In this document: one piece after another, positions 1 to 9,847 of the stretch
Layout of the letters: every line of letters begins with the position of its first letter
Position numbering within the stretch: position 1 is the stretch's first letter
Source: Candidatus Omnitrophota bacterium
GTDB taxonomy: Bacteria > Omnitrophota > Gorgyraeia > JABMRN01 > RBG-13-46-9
Direction of reading: 5' to 3'
DNA length: 64,000 bases
NCBI GenBank assembly: GCA_016782445.1
Contig: JADHYM010000001.1
Span: 10,212-74,211, forward strand
Made by a program: the position numbers and the translations under genes
The notes under the pieces: model-generated
What the model was told of the DNA's origin: nothing
The model's input: only the letters and a program-made list of their open reading frames with translations
The model's database searches: none

Positions 1-67
1 TTATTGATTTGATATTATGTCTTATGGCACCTAAATTAATTTCCGCCCAGGTAGGACGATAAGTCAT
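1..67 (-). CDS. alr: Alanine racemase, N-terminal fragment (runs off window)
   Basis: Manual translation of the minus strand from ATG at 67 gives MTYRPTWAEINLGAIRHNIKSI, a typical Alr N-terminus; it sits next to tsaB/tsaE. Confidence 0.8.
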   Translation of the reverse strand, partial: MTYRPTWAEINLGAIRHNIKSI

Positions 68-70
68 ATT

Positions 71-126
71 TTTGTCATTTGGCTTTTGGATTTTATTTGT
101 CATTTGGATTTTGTCATTTGTCATTT
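71..126. repeat. Degenerate 7-bp tandem array (TTTGTCA/TTTGGAT family)
   Basis: tttgtca tttggct tttggat ... tttgtca tttggat tttgtca tttgtca between the tsaB stop and the alr start; a similar array is at 12824-12874. Confidence 0.8.
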
Positions 127-867
127 TCCTCGTACCTGGCAATACTGCGAATGCATGTACGTGGGAACAAGTTTGTCCGGATTTTCGAATTTTTTTCTGT
201 GAGCTTTACGAAGCCCAAGCTCCGCTACAACTTCCACTTTCGGATGCCAGTCTTTTTTTGAAATACGCGCAAAAGGGTTTTTCAGAATTTCACGCTCATA
301 GACAGCTATTCCATCGCCAAAAAGAAGGGTCGGCTCGCTAACGTGTTCAAGCAGGCTCTCTATACCGCACAGCATATACTCGCCCGTCCTGGCAAGATAA
401 CCGCCTTCCGAATGCCCTTGATTTCGTTGGGCATTCGTCCCGAGCTTGTCGAGGGACGAACCACCAATGCTTATAAGGCGGTTTACATAAAAAGCAGAAT
501 AGACTTTTTGTTTTTTCGCGTCTATTACCGGGCATAGGACATGCTCCTTTGAGTCGGTAAAGTTATGCGCTATTGCGTCAAGCGTAGAAATAGCCACTAT
601 TTTTGTGCCTAAAGCCATGCTGATGGCCTTCACAGAGGCAACGCCTATGCGCAGGCCCGTAAAAGAACCGGGCCCTATGCTTAACGCTATTGCATCTATA
701 TCTTTAAGCCTGATACGCGCTTTCTTCAAAACCTCATCAATGACCGGTATAAGCTGCTCCGAGTGGTTAGCTTTTCCGTCGTCTGTGTGTGACGCCAAAA
801 TCTTATGTTCTTTTGCCGCGGCAACCCTTAAAAACCGGGTTGATGTGTCTATCGCCAATATGTACAT
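121..867 (-). CDS. tsaB: tRNA t6A biosynthesis protein TsaB, with an in-frame palindrome-derived insertion
   Basis: ILAIDTST and GPGSFTGLRIG motifs; adjacent to tsaE. Confidence 0.95.
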   Translation of the reverse strand: MYILAIDTSTRFLRVAAAKEHKILASHTDDGKANHSEQLIPVIDEVLKKARIRLKDIDAIALSIGPGSFTGLRIGVASVKAISMALGTKIVAISTLDAIAHNFTDSKEHVLCPVIDAKKQKVYSAFYVNRLISIGGSSLDKLGTNAQRNQGHSEGGYLARTGEYMLCGIESLLEHVSEPTLLFGDGIAVYEREILKNPFARISKKDWHPKVEVVAELGLRKAHRKKFENPDKLVPTYMHSQYCQVRGK

Positions 868-876
868 GAATAAGTT

Positions 877-1332
877 TTAAGTTTTACGTTTTGGTTTTGC
901 ATTTTGACTTTTGCGTTTTGCATTAACGATTATTTCTCGTTTATTATCGCCTTTGTGTTTAAATTCTACGGCGATATGCTCCTCAGGTAAAATCTCCGCG
1001 GCGCGGTCGGCCCATTCCACAACGCTTATCCCTTTGGAATAAAAATATTCCTCGCAGCCGACTGTTTCAACATCTCTTGGTTTTTTCATGCGATAGAGAT
1101 CAAAATGATAAAGAGGAATTTTCCCCTTGTATTCCTGCAATATGACAAAAGAAGCGCTGTTAACATGGATATAATCTTTTATCCCCAGGGCTTTCGCTAT
1201 GCCTTTCGTAAAAACGGTTTTTCCCGTTCCGAGCTCGCCCGTAAGCGCCACGACAGAGCCCTTTTCGAGCGTCTTGCCGAATTCAAATCCGAGTTCAAAT
1301 GTCTCAGAGGCCTTCTTCGTTATGTATCGCAT
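877..1332 (-). CDS. tsaE: tRNA t6A biosynthesis ATPase TsaE
   Basis: GELGTGKT P-loop, YHFDLYR and VEWAD motifs; C-terminal tail is encoded by 7-bp repeats. Confidence 0.95.
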   Translation of the reverse strand: MRYITKKASETFELGFEFGKTLEKGSVVALTGELGTGKTVFTKGIAKALGIKDYIHVNSASFVILQEYKGKIPLYHFDLYRMKKPRDVETVGCEEYFYSKGISVVEWADRAAEILPEEHIAVEFKHKGDNKREIIVNAKRKSQNAKPKRKT

Positions 1333-1399
1333 TTCGTTCCTCTGCAGGCTTACGCTTGCAGTATCCCTCGATCATTCCCCACGCGTAAGCGTGGGGTAT

Positions 1400-2269
1400 C
1401 TAAAAGTGCCGAAATCCCTCGGACTTAAGTGTTTTTTCTTTGCCGCTTTCTTCGATTATCTTCACCCCGTATTTTTTCGCGACGATCTCTCCTATAAGCG
1501 TAATCGGAAGATCCTCACCCATGCGCTTTATTATTTTACGGGATTCCTTTATAGAAGCTGTAAAAAGAAGTTCAAAATCCTCGCCTGCCTCAATAGCTTT
1601 ATCAAGGGGATCGGAATGCTCTGATAACGGAATAAGGCTTTCACAAACACGCGCGCCCGTGCCGCTCGAATCCGCGATCCTGTTTAAATCCATGGCGAGG
1701 CCGTCCGATAGATCTATCATGGAATTTACCTTGAAACGCTTCGTTAAAAATCTCGCCTCATGAAGCCGGGGAATGAACGTAAGATGCTTTCTTTTTCCCT
1801 CACCGAGGGCGCCTGTCACAAATATAAGATCACCCGTTCTCGCTCCGGAACGCCGAAGAAGGAGTCTCTTCTCGACCTCTCCCATAAGGGCCACGTTTAC
1901 TACTGTCTTAGCCGAGGCATTCGTATCTCCGCCTATTATTGTTATGCGAAACTTCCGAGCCGCGGCCTCTACGCCTTTTGCGATATCCAGTAAATACCGC
2001 ATGGGCTTTTTTCTCGGGATCCCCACCGAGATAAGCGCGTGTTTCGGAACGCCTCCCATAGACGCTATGTCGCTTATATTTACGGCCATCGCTTTCCATC
2101 CTATTTGGTAAGGCAAAGCGTTCTTCATAAAATGCACGCCCTCTACGATCATGTCAGTCGTCGCGAGAAGATATTTGTCTTTTTTATAATTCAACACAGC
2201 GCAGTCATCACCGATACCTTTAAACAGTGGACGTTTCGAAATATATTTAATAAATTTAAGTTCTTTCAT
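1400..2269 (-). CDS. thiL: Thiamine-monophosphate kinase
   Basis: GIGDDCA, NISDIASMGG, GGDT, DLSDGL and GEDFEL motifs. Confidence 0.95.
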   Translation of the reverse strand: MKELKFIKYISKRPLFKGIGDDCAVLNYKKDKYLLATTDMIVEGVHFMKNALPYQIGWKAMAVNISDIASMGGVPKHALISVGIPRKKPMRYLLDIAKGVEAAARKFRITIIGGDTNASAKTVVNVALMGEVEKRLLLRRSGARTGDLIFVTGALGEGKRKHLTFIPRLHEARFLTKRFKVNSMIDLSDGLAMDLNRIADSSGTGARVCESLIPLSEHSDPLDKAIEAGEDFELLFTASIKESRKIIKRMGEDLPITLIGEIVAKKYGVKIIEESGKEKTLKSEGFRHF

Positions 2270-3294
2270 CGGGCATGTGCTCTTTTTATGCTCTTCCCAT
2301 ACGGCTTCCTTAATATCCCCTTTTCCGTAATGATCGCCGTTATGAATTTTGCCGGCGTCACGTCGAATGCCGGGTTGAAAACTTTTACATTTTTTGGCGC
2401 TATGAACTCTTTTCCTATTTTGCGCACCTCGTCCGGGTGGCGCTCTTCTATCGGTATGAAAGAGCCGTCTTTTATCTTCACGTCGATGGTAGAAAGGGGA
2501 GCTGCCACGTAAAAAGGTATCTTGTGATAATGCGCTGAAAGAGCTACCGAGTATGTTCCGATTTTGTTTGCCGTGTCACCGTTTCTGGCGATCCTGTCGG
2601 CTCCTACTATGATTTTATCTATTTTTCCGCGCGCCATCAAGCTTGCCGCCATGTTATCCGATATGAGTGTCGTGTCAATATCCTCATTTCTTAGCTCCCA
2701 GGCAGTGAGCCGCGCGCCCTGTAAGAGGGGACGCGTTTCATCCGCATATACTTTTATTTTTTTGCCCGAAGAGTGAGCCATGAAAATAACGCCGAGCGCC
2801 GTGCCGTAATCAGCTGTGGCAAGCCCACCGGCATTACAGTGCGTAAGTATCGTATCGCCCTTTTTAATAAGGGCATTTCCGAACCTCGCCATTTTTCGGC
2901 AGATATGCTTGTCTTCTTCTAATATTTTTTTGGCTTCCTCGAGCAAAATATGCTTTATGCGGGATACAGGCTCATACCTCTCTCGATATGCCGTTTCCCT
3001 CATCCTCTCAAGCGCCCAGAAAAGATTTCTCGCGGTAGGACGGGAGGTAGCAATGTATTTGATGGTTTTATCAAGGTCTTTAAAAAATGCCCTTTGGGAA
3101 TTCTTGACACCCAAATATACCCCGAATGCCGCCGCAATTCCAAGAGCAGGCGCGCCCCTTATCTTCATGGTACGAATAGCCTTCCACATCTCCCGCGGCG
3201 TAGTACAACTCACAAACTTTACTTTGTGCGGGAGAAGCGTTTGGTCTATTATCCGGACCTTATTTTTCTGCCATTTTATCGTTTCTACAGGCAT
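2266..3294 (-). CDS. mtnA: S-methyl-5-thioribose-1-phosphate isomerase
   Basis: IRGAPALG, SRPTA, THCNAG, ETRP and NKIGTY motifs. Confidence 0.95.
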   Translation of the reverse strand: MPVETIKWQKNKVRIIDQTLLPHKVKFVSCTTPREMWKAIRTMKIRGAPALGIAAAFGVYLGVKNSQRAFFKDLDKTIKYIATSRPTARNLFWALERMRETAYRERYEPVSRIKHILLEEAKKILEEDKHICRKMARFGNALIKKGDTILTHCNAGGLATADYGTALGVIFMAHSSGKKIKVYADETRPLLQGARLTAWELRNEDIDTTLISDNMAASLMARGKIDKIIVGADRIARNGDTANKIGTYSVALSAHYHKIPFYVAAPLSTIDVKIKDGSFIPIEERHPDEVRKIGKEFIAPKNVKVFNPAFDVTPAKFITAIITEKGILRKPYGKSIKRAHAR

Positions 3295-3325
3295 ATTTGC
3301 TTTTTGATATTTGATTTTTGATATT

Positions 3326-4429
3326 TCATACTGCCAAACTGTTAAAATATTTAAACAAAAACACCATTATAACGCCGCCCAGGTTATTCAGAACGTGAAG
3401 CGTGATCGATGGAACAAGGCTTCCGGTTCTTTCATAAAGGTACGCGAGCACCACGCCAAGTATTGTAATAGGTATAAATCCTACCAAAAAATAGGTCATC
3501 GCGTGAGTATGCAGAAATGAAAAAAGAACGCTCGTTATCATTATGCCCCCAAAAATCCCTACTTTACGCTTCAGGGCATTATATAGAACCCCGCGGAAGA
3601 ATATCTCCTCTATTACCGGACCGAATATGGATGCGATGAGGCTCGCTACAAAAATAAAAGCGATGTTTTTCTCTACGAGGAAAAGCTCCACGATAGGCTG
3701 GGGAGGCGGCTTTAGTTTTAACATGTTAAGCACGATATAGGCGATGACACCCACCAGAAGTATGACGGGCAAAATTGCCAAGTACCCGCATGCGCCATAA
3801 AAGACATTTTTTAGCGCGTTTTTCGCGCCGAGGCCCAGGGAAACGATTTTTTTCCGGTGAACCCGCCATAAAAATGCGAGAACCGCTGTCAGCACGAAAA
3901 AGTCAAGAACGATCGTGTCAAAAATCATCCTGAAATTGTCGTTCTTCATCAGGGTAAATTTGACTTTAAAGAAAAAGCTCATCGCGCTGCCTGCGAGCGC
4001 AAGCAGGATAAAAAAGAAATAGGCGAGTGAAAACCCGAGTATAACTATTTTCGCGCTATCGGCAAGGGTCCACGGCGGCGGGTCCGGTTTCACAAAACGC
4101 GCAAAAATATCTATTTTTTTAAATCTCCGGGAAATAAAAAATCCGTCTATCAAAAGCCCGAGAAGGAAGATAGCAATTATAAAAAGATTTGCGGAAATGT
4201 AGAAAAGGTAAAGGGGGGCGTTTCCCTTCAGGGCTTCTTCTATTTTTCTCGAGCGCTCCTGGGCCTCCTCGAACTCTACGAATAAAGTCGGCTTTTCGGC
4301 CGCAGCAACTTCTTTCGTGCTGGTCGGTAGAACTTCTTCTTTCGGAGCGCGGCCGGCGACATTAACTAAAATTATACCCGATACGAGTACTATGTATACC
4401 CAGTTGCGTTTTACAAAATTCCTTATCAT
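3326..4429 (-). CDS. CPBP (Abi/CAAX) family intramembrane metalloprotease
   Basis: EEIFFRG, FSFLH and HVLNN motifs, many TM segments; start ATG 4429 overlaps the metG stop (ATGA). Confidence 0.85.
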   Translation of the reverse strand: MIRNFVKRNWVYIVLVSGIILVNVAGRAPKEEVLPTSTKEVAAAEKPTLFVEFEEAQERSRKIEEALKGNAPLYLFYISANLFIIAIFLLGLLIDGFFISRRFKKIDIFARFVKPDPPPWTLADSAKIVILGFSLAYFFFILLALAGSAMSFFFKVKFTLMKNDNFRMIFDTIVLDFFVLTAVLAFLWRVHRKKIVSLGLGAKNALKNVFYGACGYLAILPVILLVGVIAYIVLNMLKLKPPPQPIVELFLVEKNIAFIFVASLIASIFGPVIEEIFFRGVLYNALKRKVGIFGGIMITSVLFSFLHTHAMTYFLVGFIPITILGVVLAYLYERTGSLVPSITLHVLNNLGGVIMVFLFKYFNSLAV

Positions 4430-5994
4430 TCGTCTTTTCCGGATACGATTCTTGGAAACAGAGGTTGCCCTTTTGAAATCTGCGTCCCACTTGTTACGAT
4501 CCCCCATAAAGAGGGGCGGGACCTTTGGTTGCTCTTAAACTTGATATTTGCGATTTTCTCTTTCATACCGAGTTGCGCCCAAATCTTGCCTGCCGTATCG
4601 GGTATAAACGGATACAGGCATATTGCGAGCGCTGCCAGGGTTTGCACCAGATTATATATCACTATTTTGAGCTTTCGCTCATCTTCTTTTGCCAGTTTCC
4701 AGGGGGCCTTTTCCTCTATATATTTATTCGCCCAGCCTATTCTTTCTAGCACAACCTTCAGAGCTGATAAAGAATTCATATTCGCATAAGCATCAGCCAG
4801 TTTTCCCGGTAGATCTTCCGTATTGCTTTTTATTTCATTATCAATATCCTTTTCCTCAACATCCGGGACAACGCCTGCAAAGTATTTCTCAACCATGGTA
4901 AGGGTTCTGTTAACAAGGTTTCCGAGGTCGTTCGCAAGATCATTGTTGTATTTATCTATGAAAAGCTTTTCGTAAAAAGTGCCGTCATACCCAAAGCCAA
5001 CCGCGCTAAGCAGAAAATACCTGAGCGCGTCTACGCCGTATTTATCCGTAAAATACGCGGGATCAACAACATTTCCCTTCGATTTAGACATCTTTTCGCC
5101 GCCGATTACCCACCAGCCGTGCACAAATATGCTTTTAGGCGGCTTCTCCCCCAGCGCAAGCAGTATAATGGGCCAATATATCGCATGGTGCCTTAAAATA
5201 TCCTTACCTATTACATGCCCAACATGAGGCCAAAGAGAATCAAACTTTTTTCTGTCATTAAGATAACCTATTCCTGATATGTAGTTTATAAGAGCGTCGA
5301 ACCAGACATAAGTCACGAAATTTTTATCAAACGGGATCTCTATGCCCCAGCGAAGCCTTTTCTTGGGCCTTGAGATACAAAGGTCCTGCAGCTCGTTTTT
5401 TTCAAGAAAACTTAACACCTCATTTTTTCTTATATCAGGAGTTATGAAAATCCTGTCGTCTTTTATGTGATCTATAAGCTCTTTTTGATACTCGGAGATT
5501 TTGAAAAAATAGTTTTCTTCGTTCAATCTTTCGAGTTTTCTTTTACAGTCGGGGCAAACCCCCTCGTTTACCTCGGCATTGCTGAAAAAGTTTTCGCAGG
5601 GCGTGCAGAACCAGCCCTTATAAACCTTTTTGTATATCTTTCCTTTTTCATTTAGAATTTGCAATACTTTCTCGACTGTCTTTTTATGAATGGTGTCCGT
5701 TGTTCTTATGAAATAATCATAATTTACTTTTAGCGTTTTCCACAGTTCTTTAAAACGCGGCACGATCCCGTCAACGAATTTCTTTTCTTCGCCGGCTTTG
5801 TATCCGGCCTTTAAGGCGGCCTGTTCGATTTTTTCTCCGTGCTCATCAGTGCCTGTCATAAAAAAAGTGTCCCCGCCTTCAAGCTGTTTTTCAAACCTCG
5901 CGGCGGCATCGCAAACAATCTGAGTATAGGCGTGGCCGATGTGGGGAGAGGCATTTACATAATAAAGAGGGGATGTGATATAAAATTTATTCAT
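4426..5994 (-). CDS. metG: Methionyl-tRNA synthetase (short form, no C-terminal OB domain)
   Basis: HIGH (PHIGH), GTDEHG, YVWFDAL and KMSKS motifs. Confidence 0.96.
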   Translation of the reverse strand: MNKFYITSPLYYVNASPHIGHAYTQIVCDAAARFEKQLEGGDTFFMTGTDEHGEKIEQAALKAGYKAGEEKKFVDGIVPRFKELWKTLKVNYDYFIRTTDTIHKKTVEKVLQILNEKGKIYKKVYKGWFCTPCENFFSNAEVNEGVCPDCKRKLERLNEENYFFKISEYQKELIDHIKDDRIFITPDIRKNEVLSFLEKNELQDLCISRPKKRLRWGIEIPFDKNFVTYVWFDALINYISGIGYLNDRKKFDSLWPHVGHVIGKDILRHHAIYWPIILLALGEKPPKSIFVHGWWVIGGEKMSKSKGNVVDPAYFTDKYGVDALRYFLLSAVGFGYDGTFYEKLFIDKYNNDLANDLGNLVNRTLTMVEKYFAGVVPDVEEKDIDNEIKSNTEDLPGKLADAYANMNSLSALKVVLERIGWANKYIEEKAPWKLAKEDERKLKIVIYNLVQTLAALAICLYPFIPDTAGKIWAQLGMKEKIANIKFKSNQRSRPSLWGIVTSGTQISKGQPLFPRIVSGKDE

Positions 5995-5995
5995 T

Positions 5996-6775
5996 TTAGA
6001 ATTTTACTTCTATCTGCTTCCCTTCTCCTATCGCGACCATGACGCTTTTCTTTAGCGGACAGAGCGAGATGACCTTACCCTTGCCTTTTTCCGTTTTTAT
6101 CTCCTGGCCGAGTTTTGGCAATCCCTTTATGAGCTCGCGGTAGTTCTTGTGCTCGTATCCCAGGCAGCACATGAGTCGTCCGCAGAGCCCGGAAATTTTT
6201 GTCGGGTTTAAGGGCAGATTCTGATCCTTGGCCATCCGTATCGTAACAGCCTCGAAATCTTTCAGGAATTTTACGCAGCAAAGCTCCTTACCACACGGCC
6301 CGTACCCGCCTATGAGTTTTGCCTCGTCACGCACGCCTATCTGCTTGAGCTCTATGCGCGCCTTGAATATGTTGGCAAGCTCCCTGACGAGTTCCCTGAA
6401 ATCGATCCTGCCCTCTGCGGTAAAGTAAAAGGTTATTTTTGACCTATCGAACGAGTATTCCGCCTCGACTATTTTCATGGGAAGCCGCCGCTCGGACACC
6501 TTCCGCTCGCAAACAGCCATAAGCTCCCGCGCCTTCTTTTTGTTTTTATCTATCTGGCGGTGGTCCCAGGGGTTGGTTTTGCGTATTATCTTCCGCAGGG
6601 GCTTTTCTATCGCCGTATCGAGCACTGTCTCGGTTTCGGAAATCACCTGGCCGTAATCGATTCCCCTGTCCTGCTCCACTATAACGTACTCGCCTGCATT
6701 AAACTTAAGCCGACCGGTCGAAAAATAACATATCTTGCCGGCCTCGCGTAATCTTATCTGTATAACTTCGTGCAT
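5996..6775 (-). CDS. PSP1/RicT (YaaT) family protein
   Basis: RIDFRELV, QIGVRDEA, GPCGKELCC and CGRLMCCL motifs; holB-yaaT-metG synteny. Confidence 0.92.
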   Translation of the reverse strand: MHEVIQIRLREAGKICYFSTGRLKFNAGEYVIVEQDRGIDYGQVISETETVLDTAIEKPLRKIIRKTNPWDHRQIDKNKKKARELMAVCERKVSERRLPMKIVEAEYSFDRSKITFYFTAEGRIDFRELVRELANIFKARIELKQIGVRDEAKLIGGYGPCGKELCCVKFLKDFEAVTIRMAKDQNLPLNPTKISGLCGRLMCCLGYEHKNYRELIKGLPKLGQEIKTEKGKGKVISLCPLKKSVMVAIGEGKQIEVKF

Positions 6776-6790
6776 TATATTTTCCCCTTT

Positions 6791-6845
6791 ACCCCGTTCA
6801 ATCCCGAAAAAATCCTCACCCTTTAGGGCCGGGATTGAACGGGGT
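6791..6845. repeat. 16-bp perfect inverted repeat overlapping the holB 3' end
   Basis: accccgttcaatcccg (6791-6806) and cgggattgaacggggt (6830-6845). Confidence 0.85.
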
Positions 6846-7784
6846 TAACTCCGCCAGGGAGTTCTTTATAACGTCAAATACAATCTTCGGATTTACGTTA
6901 TGATCCATGTACGACTCAAGCGTAACCACTTTCTGAATAAGCTCGTCTATACGGTCGAAGGAATACCTGTCCTTAAGGACCGCGATCTCACCGGTTCTGT
7001 CGGCGTTAAAAATAAGATCCTTTCTTCCGGTCGCTTTATATACGAAAAGATCCCTAAGGTATGATAGCAAGAACTCTATGTCCTCCTTCGGCGAACCACT
7101 GTAAGGCTTATTTTTCCCGAAAAGCGCGTCTAAAGCCGCGTTTTTTTTCCGGATGAGGTCCTTTTCCCGCATCTCGAGGGCCCTGCCTATTCTGCCACTG
7201 GAAAAAACGCTTAGCATCCTGGCTTCTTTTCGGTCAATATTGAATTTTTCGGAAAGCACTTTTTCGCACGCGGCCAGAGGCGCGCTTCTAAATCTTATGA
7301 TAACGGCGCGCGAGACAACCGTTGAAAGAAGAAGTTCCTTTGAGGTCGCGATTAATATGAATATCGTATCACGCGGCGGCTCTTCCAGGGTCTTCAAAAA
7401 CGCGTTGGCCGCCTCAGGCGTCATGATGTGTGCGCCGTCGATGATAAAAACCTTCTTCCCGGCCTCATAGGCCTTAAGACCGGCTTTCTGTAAAATCTTG
7501 CGTATTTCGCTTATGCCGATGGTGTTTGAGCGGTTTTTCGGTTCCGTGAGAACTACGTCGGGGTGGTTTCCTGAATCTATTTTTCTGCACGAGGGGCACA
7601 CTGTGCACGGCTTCTCGCCGGAAGAAACGCAATTTATCGCCTTCGCGAAAGTTATCGCCGCGAGCTTCTTTCCCACGCCATCCGGCCCTAAAAATAAATA
7701 GGTCGAATAAAAGCTTTTTTCTTTTAAGTTGCGCGAAAGTAGCTCTACGGCCTTATCCTGACCGTGTATATTTCTGAACGGCAC
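6816..7784 (-). CDS. holB: DNA polymerase III delta' subunit
   Basis: GPDGVGK, zinc-finger Cys cluster, NHPD and NAFLKTLEEP motifs. Confidence 0.93.
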   Translation of the reverse strand: MPFRNIHGQDKAVELLSRNLKEKSFYSTYLFLGPDGVGKKLAAITFAKAINCVSSGEKPCTVCPSCRKIDSGNHPDVVLTEPKNRSNTIGISEIRKILQKAGLKAYEAGKKVFIIDGAHIMTPEAANAFLKTLEEPPRDTIFILIATSKELLLSTVVSRAVIIRFRSAPLAACEKVLSEKFNIDRKEARMLSVFSSGRIGRALEMREKDLIRKKNAALDALFGKNKPYSGSPKEDIEFLLSYLRDLFVYKATGRKDLIFNADRTGEIAVLKDRYSFDRIDELIQKVVTLESYMDHNVNPKIVFDVIKNSLAELTPFNPGPKG

Positions 7785-8406
7785 GCAAAACTCCTTCCTT
7801 TACCGCAAGGAACGTGTCCTCTATCCTCTTCTCCGTTTTAACGACTATTATTCTTTTTTTATCCTTCGCAGCAAGCCAAAGATACCCGCGCCTCACCTTC
7901 CGGTGAAATGATATTTTTTTCGATTCCATCCTGTCCTTTAAGCGCGTTTTTATTTTTCGGAGGCCCCGGCTTATATCTATGTCCAGCACTACGGTCAGAT
8001 CGGGCCGCACCCCGCCCAAAGACACTGATTCCACTTTTCTTATGTCTTTTATCGGCACGCCGCCGGCGTAACCCTGGTAAACCATGGTCGCGTCATTGAA
8101 CCTATCGGTTATTACTATTTTTCCGGCGCGAAGCGCCGGGCGTATGACGCTTTTTACGAGTTCCGCGCGGCTTGCCTCGAATAAAAGCATTTCAGCGAGC
8201 GGCGATATGAAAATCTTCCGCTTCTTTAAAAGCACCTCTCGTATGGCGTCCCCCACGGCAGTCCCGCCGGGCTCCCTTGTATGCACTACGGAATAGCCCT
8301 TTTTCCTTAAAAACAAAACTATTTTTTTTGAATGCGTGCTCTTGCCGCAGCGCTCCGGCCCCTCAAAGGTTATTAGTAGCCCTTTTTTTAAAGTTTTTTT
8401 CGCCAC
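7753..8406 (-). CDS. tmk: Thymidylate kinase
   Basis: FEGPERCGKST, TREPGGT and DRF motifs. Confidence 0.95.
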   Translation of the reverse strand: MAKKTLKKGLLITFEGPERCGKSTHSKKIVLFLRKKGYSVVHTREPGGTAVGDAIREVLLKKRKIFISPLAEMLLFEASRAELVKSVIRPALRAGKIVITDRFNDATMVYQGYAGGVPIKDIRKVESVSLGGVRPDLTVVLDIDISRGLRKIKTRLKDRMESKKISFHRKVRRGYLWLAAKDKKRIIVVKTEKRIEDTFLAVKEGVLRAVQKYTRSG

Positions 8407-9782
8407 ACAGAGCCTTTTTTTGTATCCTCTACTACAATACCTTGTGCTAATAATTCATTTCGTATAATATCAGCCTTTTTGAAATCTTTGGCTTTACGAG
8501 CTTTCTCGCGTTCGTTTACCATAGTTTCTATATCTGTGTTTTGTGCGCTATAGTCAAGGTTAAGCCCAAAAATATTTTTCGAGACATCCTTGATAAAATG
8601 TCTTGTCCCGGCCAGCTTCGCCTTGTCTTGCTTTTCTAAACTCTCTTTTTCTAATAGTTTATTCCCATCGGCAACACATCTAAAAATAACGCTAAGCGCC
8701 ACCGGCGTATTGAAATCATCGTCCATTGCTGCAATGAAAGAATTTTCATATTCTTTATCTGCAATTATTGTTTTCTTATATTCTTTTAAGGCATTATCGA
8801 CTTTCTGTAAAAACGCTAAAATTCTATCTCTGGAATCGCGCATGCTTTCTATCTTGTCTTCTGTATAATCAACCGGATGCCTGTAGTGGCTCGATAGAAA
8901 AAGCAATTTCAGTAAGTTTAGGCTTTTCGGGAATTCCCTAATCGATATAAAATTTCCGAGCGACTTAGCCATTTTTTCACCGTTTATTGTCAAAAGGCCG
9001 TTATGCATCCAGTAGCGAGCAAACTTATTGCCTGCTCCTTCTGATTGCGCTATTTCGTTCTCATGATGAGGAAATATTAAATCTATTCCTCCGGCATGTA
9101 TATCAAATTCGCTGCCTAAAAGATCAGAGCTCATGACTGAACACTCTATATGCCACCCGGGCCTGCCGTTTCCCCATGGGCTTTTCCAGGATGGCTCTCC
9201 TTCCTTTGCCTTTTTCCATAATGCAAAGTCCAGAGGATCTCTTTTTTTCTCCCCTGGGACAATTCTTACAGAGCTTTCCATTTTCTCTAAATTTTGTCCG
9301 GATAATTTTCCGTAGTTTTTTGAGCTTTTTATATCAAAATAAACGTCGCCATCTTTCGTATACGCAACATTTTTTTTAATTAGTAGCGCAATAAACTTTT
9401 TCATCTTGCTGATATATTTAACTGCGCTCGGTTCTTTATCCGGATTAGAAATTCCCAATTTCTCCATACATTCATGATAGGAATCAAGGTACTTTTGTGA
9501 AATTTGTTTTACCGCTTTTTTATCAACTTTTTCTATCTTAAACTCTTGTTTCGCTTTTTTGATTATTTTGTCATCAACATCAGTTATATTTCTTATAAAT
9601 TTTACTTTGTAATTTTTATATTCAAAATATTTACGTATCACATCAAAGACATAAGCGCTTCTTGCGTGCCCTATGTGAGGTTCATCATAAACTGTGGGGC
9701 CGCATACATAGAGGCCCACTTTGCCTTTTTTTATCGGCTTAAATTCTTCTTTTTTTCTCGTAAGCGTATTGTATATTTTCAT
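8388..9782 (-). CDS. cysS: Cysteinyl-tRNA synthetase
   Basis: CGPTVYD-HIGH, GRPGWHIEC, HHENE and KMAKS motifs. Confidence 0.97.
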   Translation of the reverse strand: MKIYNTLTRKKEEFKPIKKGKVGLYVCGPTVYDEPHIGHARSAYVFDVIRKYFEYKNYKVKFIRNITDVDDKIIKKAKQEFKIEKVDKKAVKQISQKYLDSYHECMEKLGISNPDKEPSAVKYISKMKKFIALLIKKNVAYTKDGDVYFDIKSSKNYGKLSGQNLEKMESSVRIVPGEKKRDPLDFALWKKAKEGEPSWKSPWGNGRPGWHIECSVMSSDLLGSEFDIHAGGIDLIFPHHENEIAQSEGAGNKFARYWMHNGLLTINGEKMAKSLGNFISIREFPKSLNLLKLLFLSSHYRHPVDYTEDKIESMRDSRDRILAFLQKVDNALKEYKKTIIADKEYENSFIAAMDDDFNTPVALSVIFRCVADGNKLLEKESLEKQDKAKLAGTRHFIKDVSKNIFGLNLDYSAQNTDIETMVNEREKARKAKDFKKADIIRNELLAQGIVVEDTKKGSVWRKKL

Positions 9783-9790
9783 GCTTTTAC

Positions 9791-9835
9791 GCCTGCCTGC
9801 CGGCTCGCCTCGTGGCGAAGCCGCGGGCAGGCAGG
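9791..9835. repeat. CCTGCCTGCC/GGCAGGCAGG palindrome with a nested hairpin
   Basis: gcctgcctgcc-[ggctcgcc tcgt ggcgaagcc]-gcgggcaggcagg between cysE and cysS. Confidence 0.8.
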
Positions 9836-9847
9836 TCGGGCGGGTCC

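Noticed and set aside
72-341. Small hydrophobic ORFs (72..341, 79..261, and the 5' extension of 11689..12789)
   Set aside because: The hydrophobic N-termini are translations of TTTGTCA-type heptamer arrays; the first two ORFs are also antisense to tsaB.
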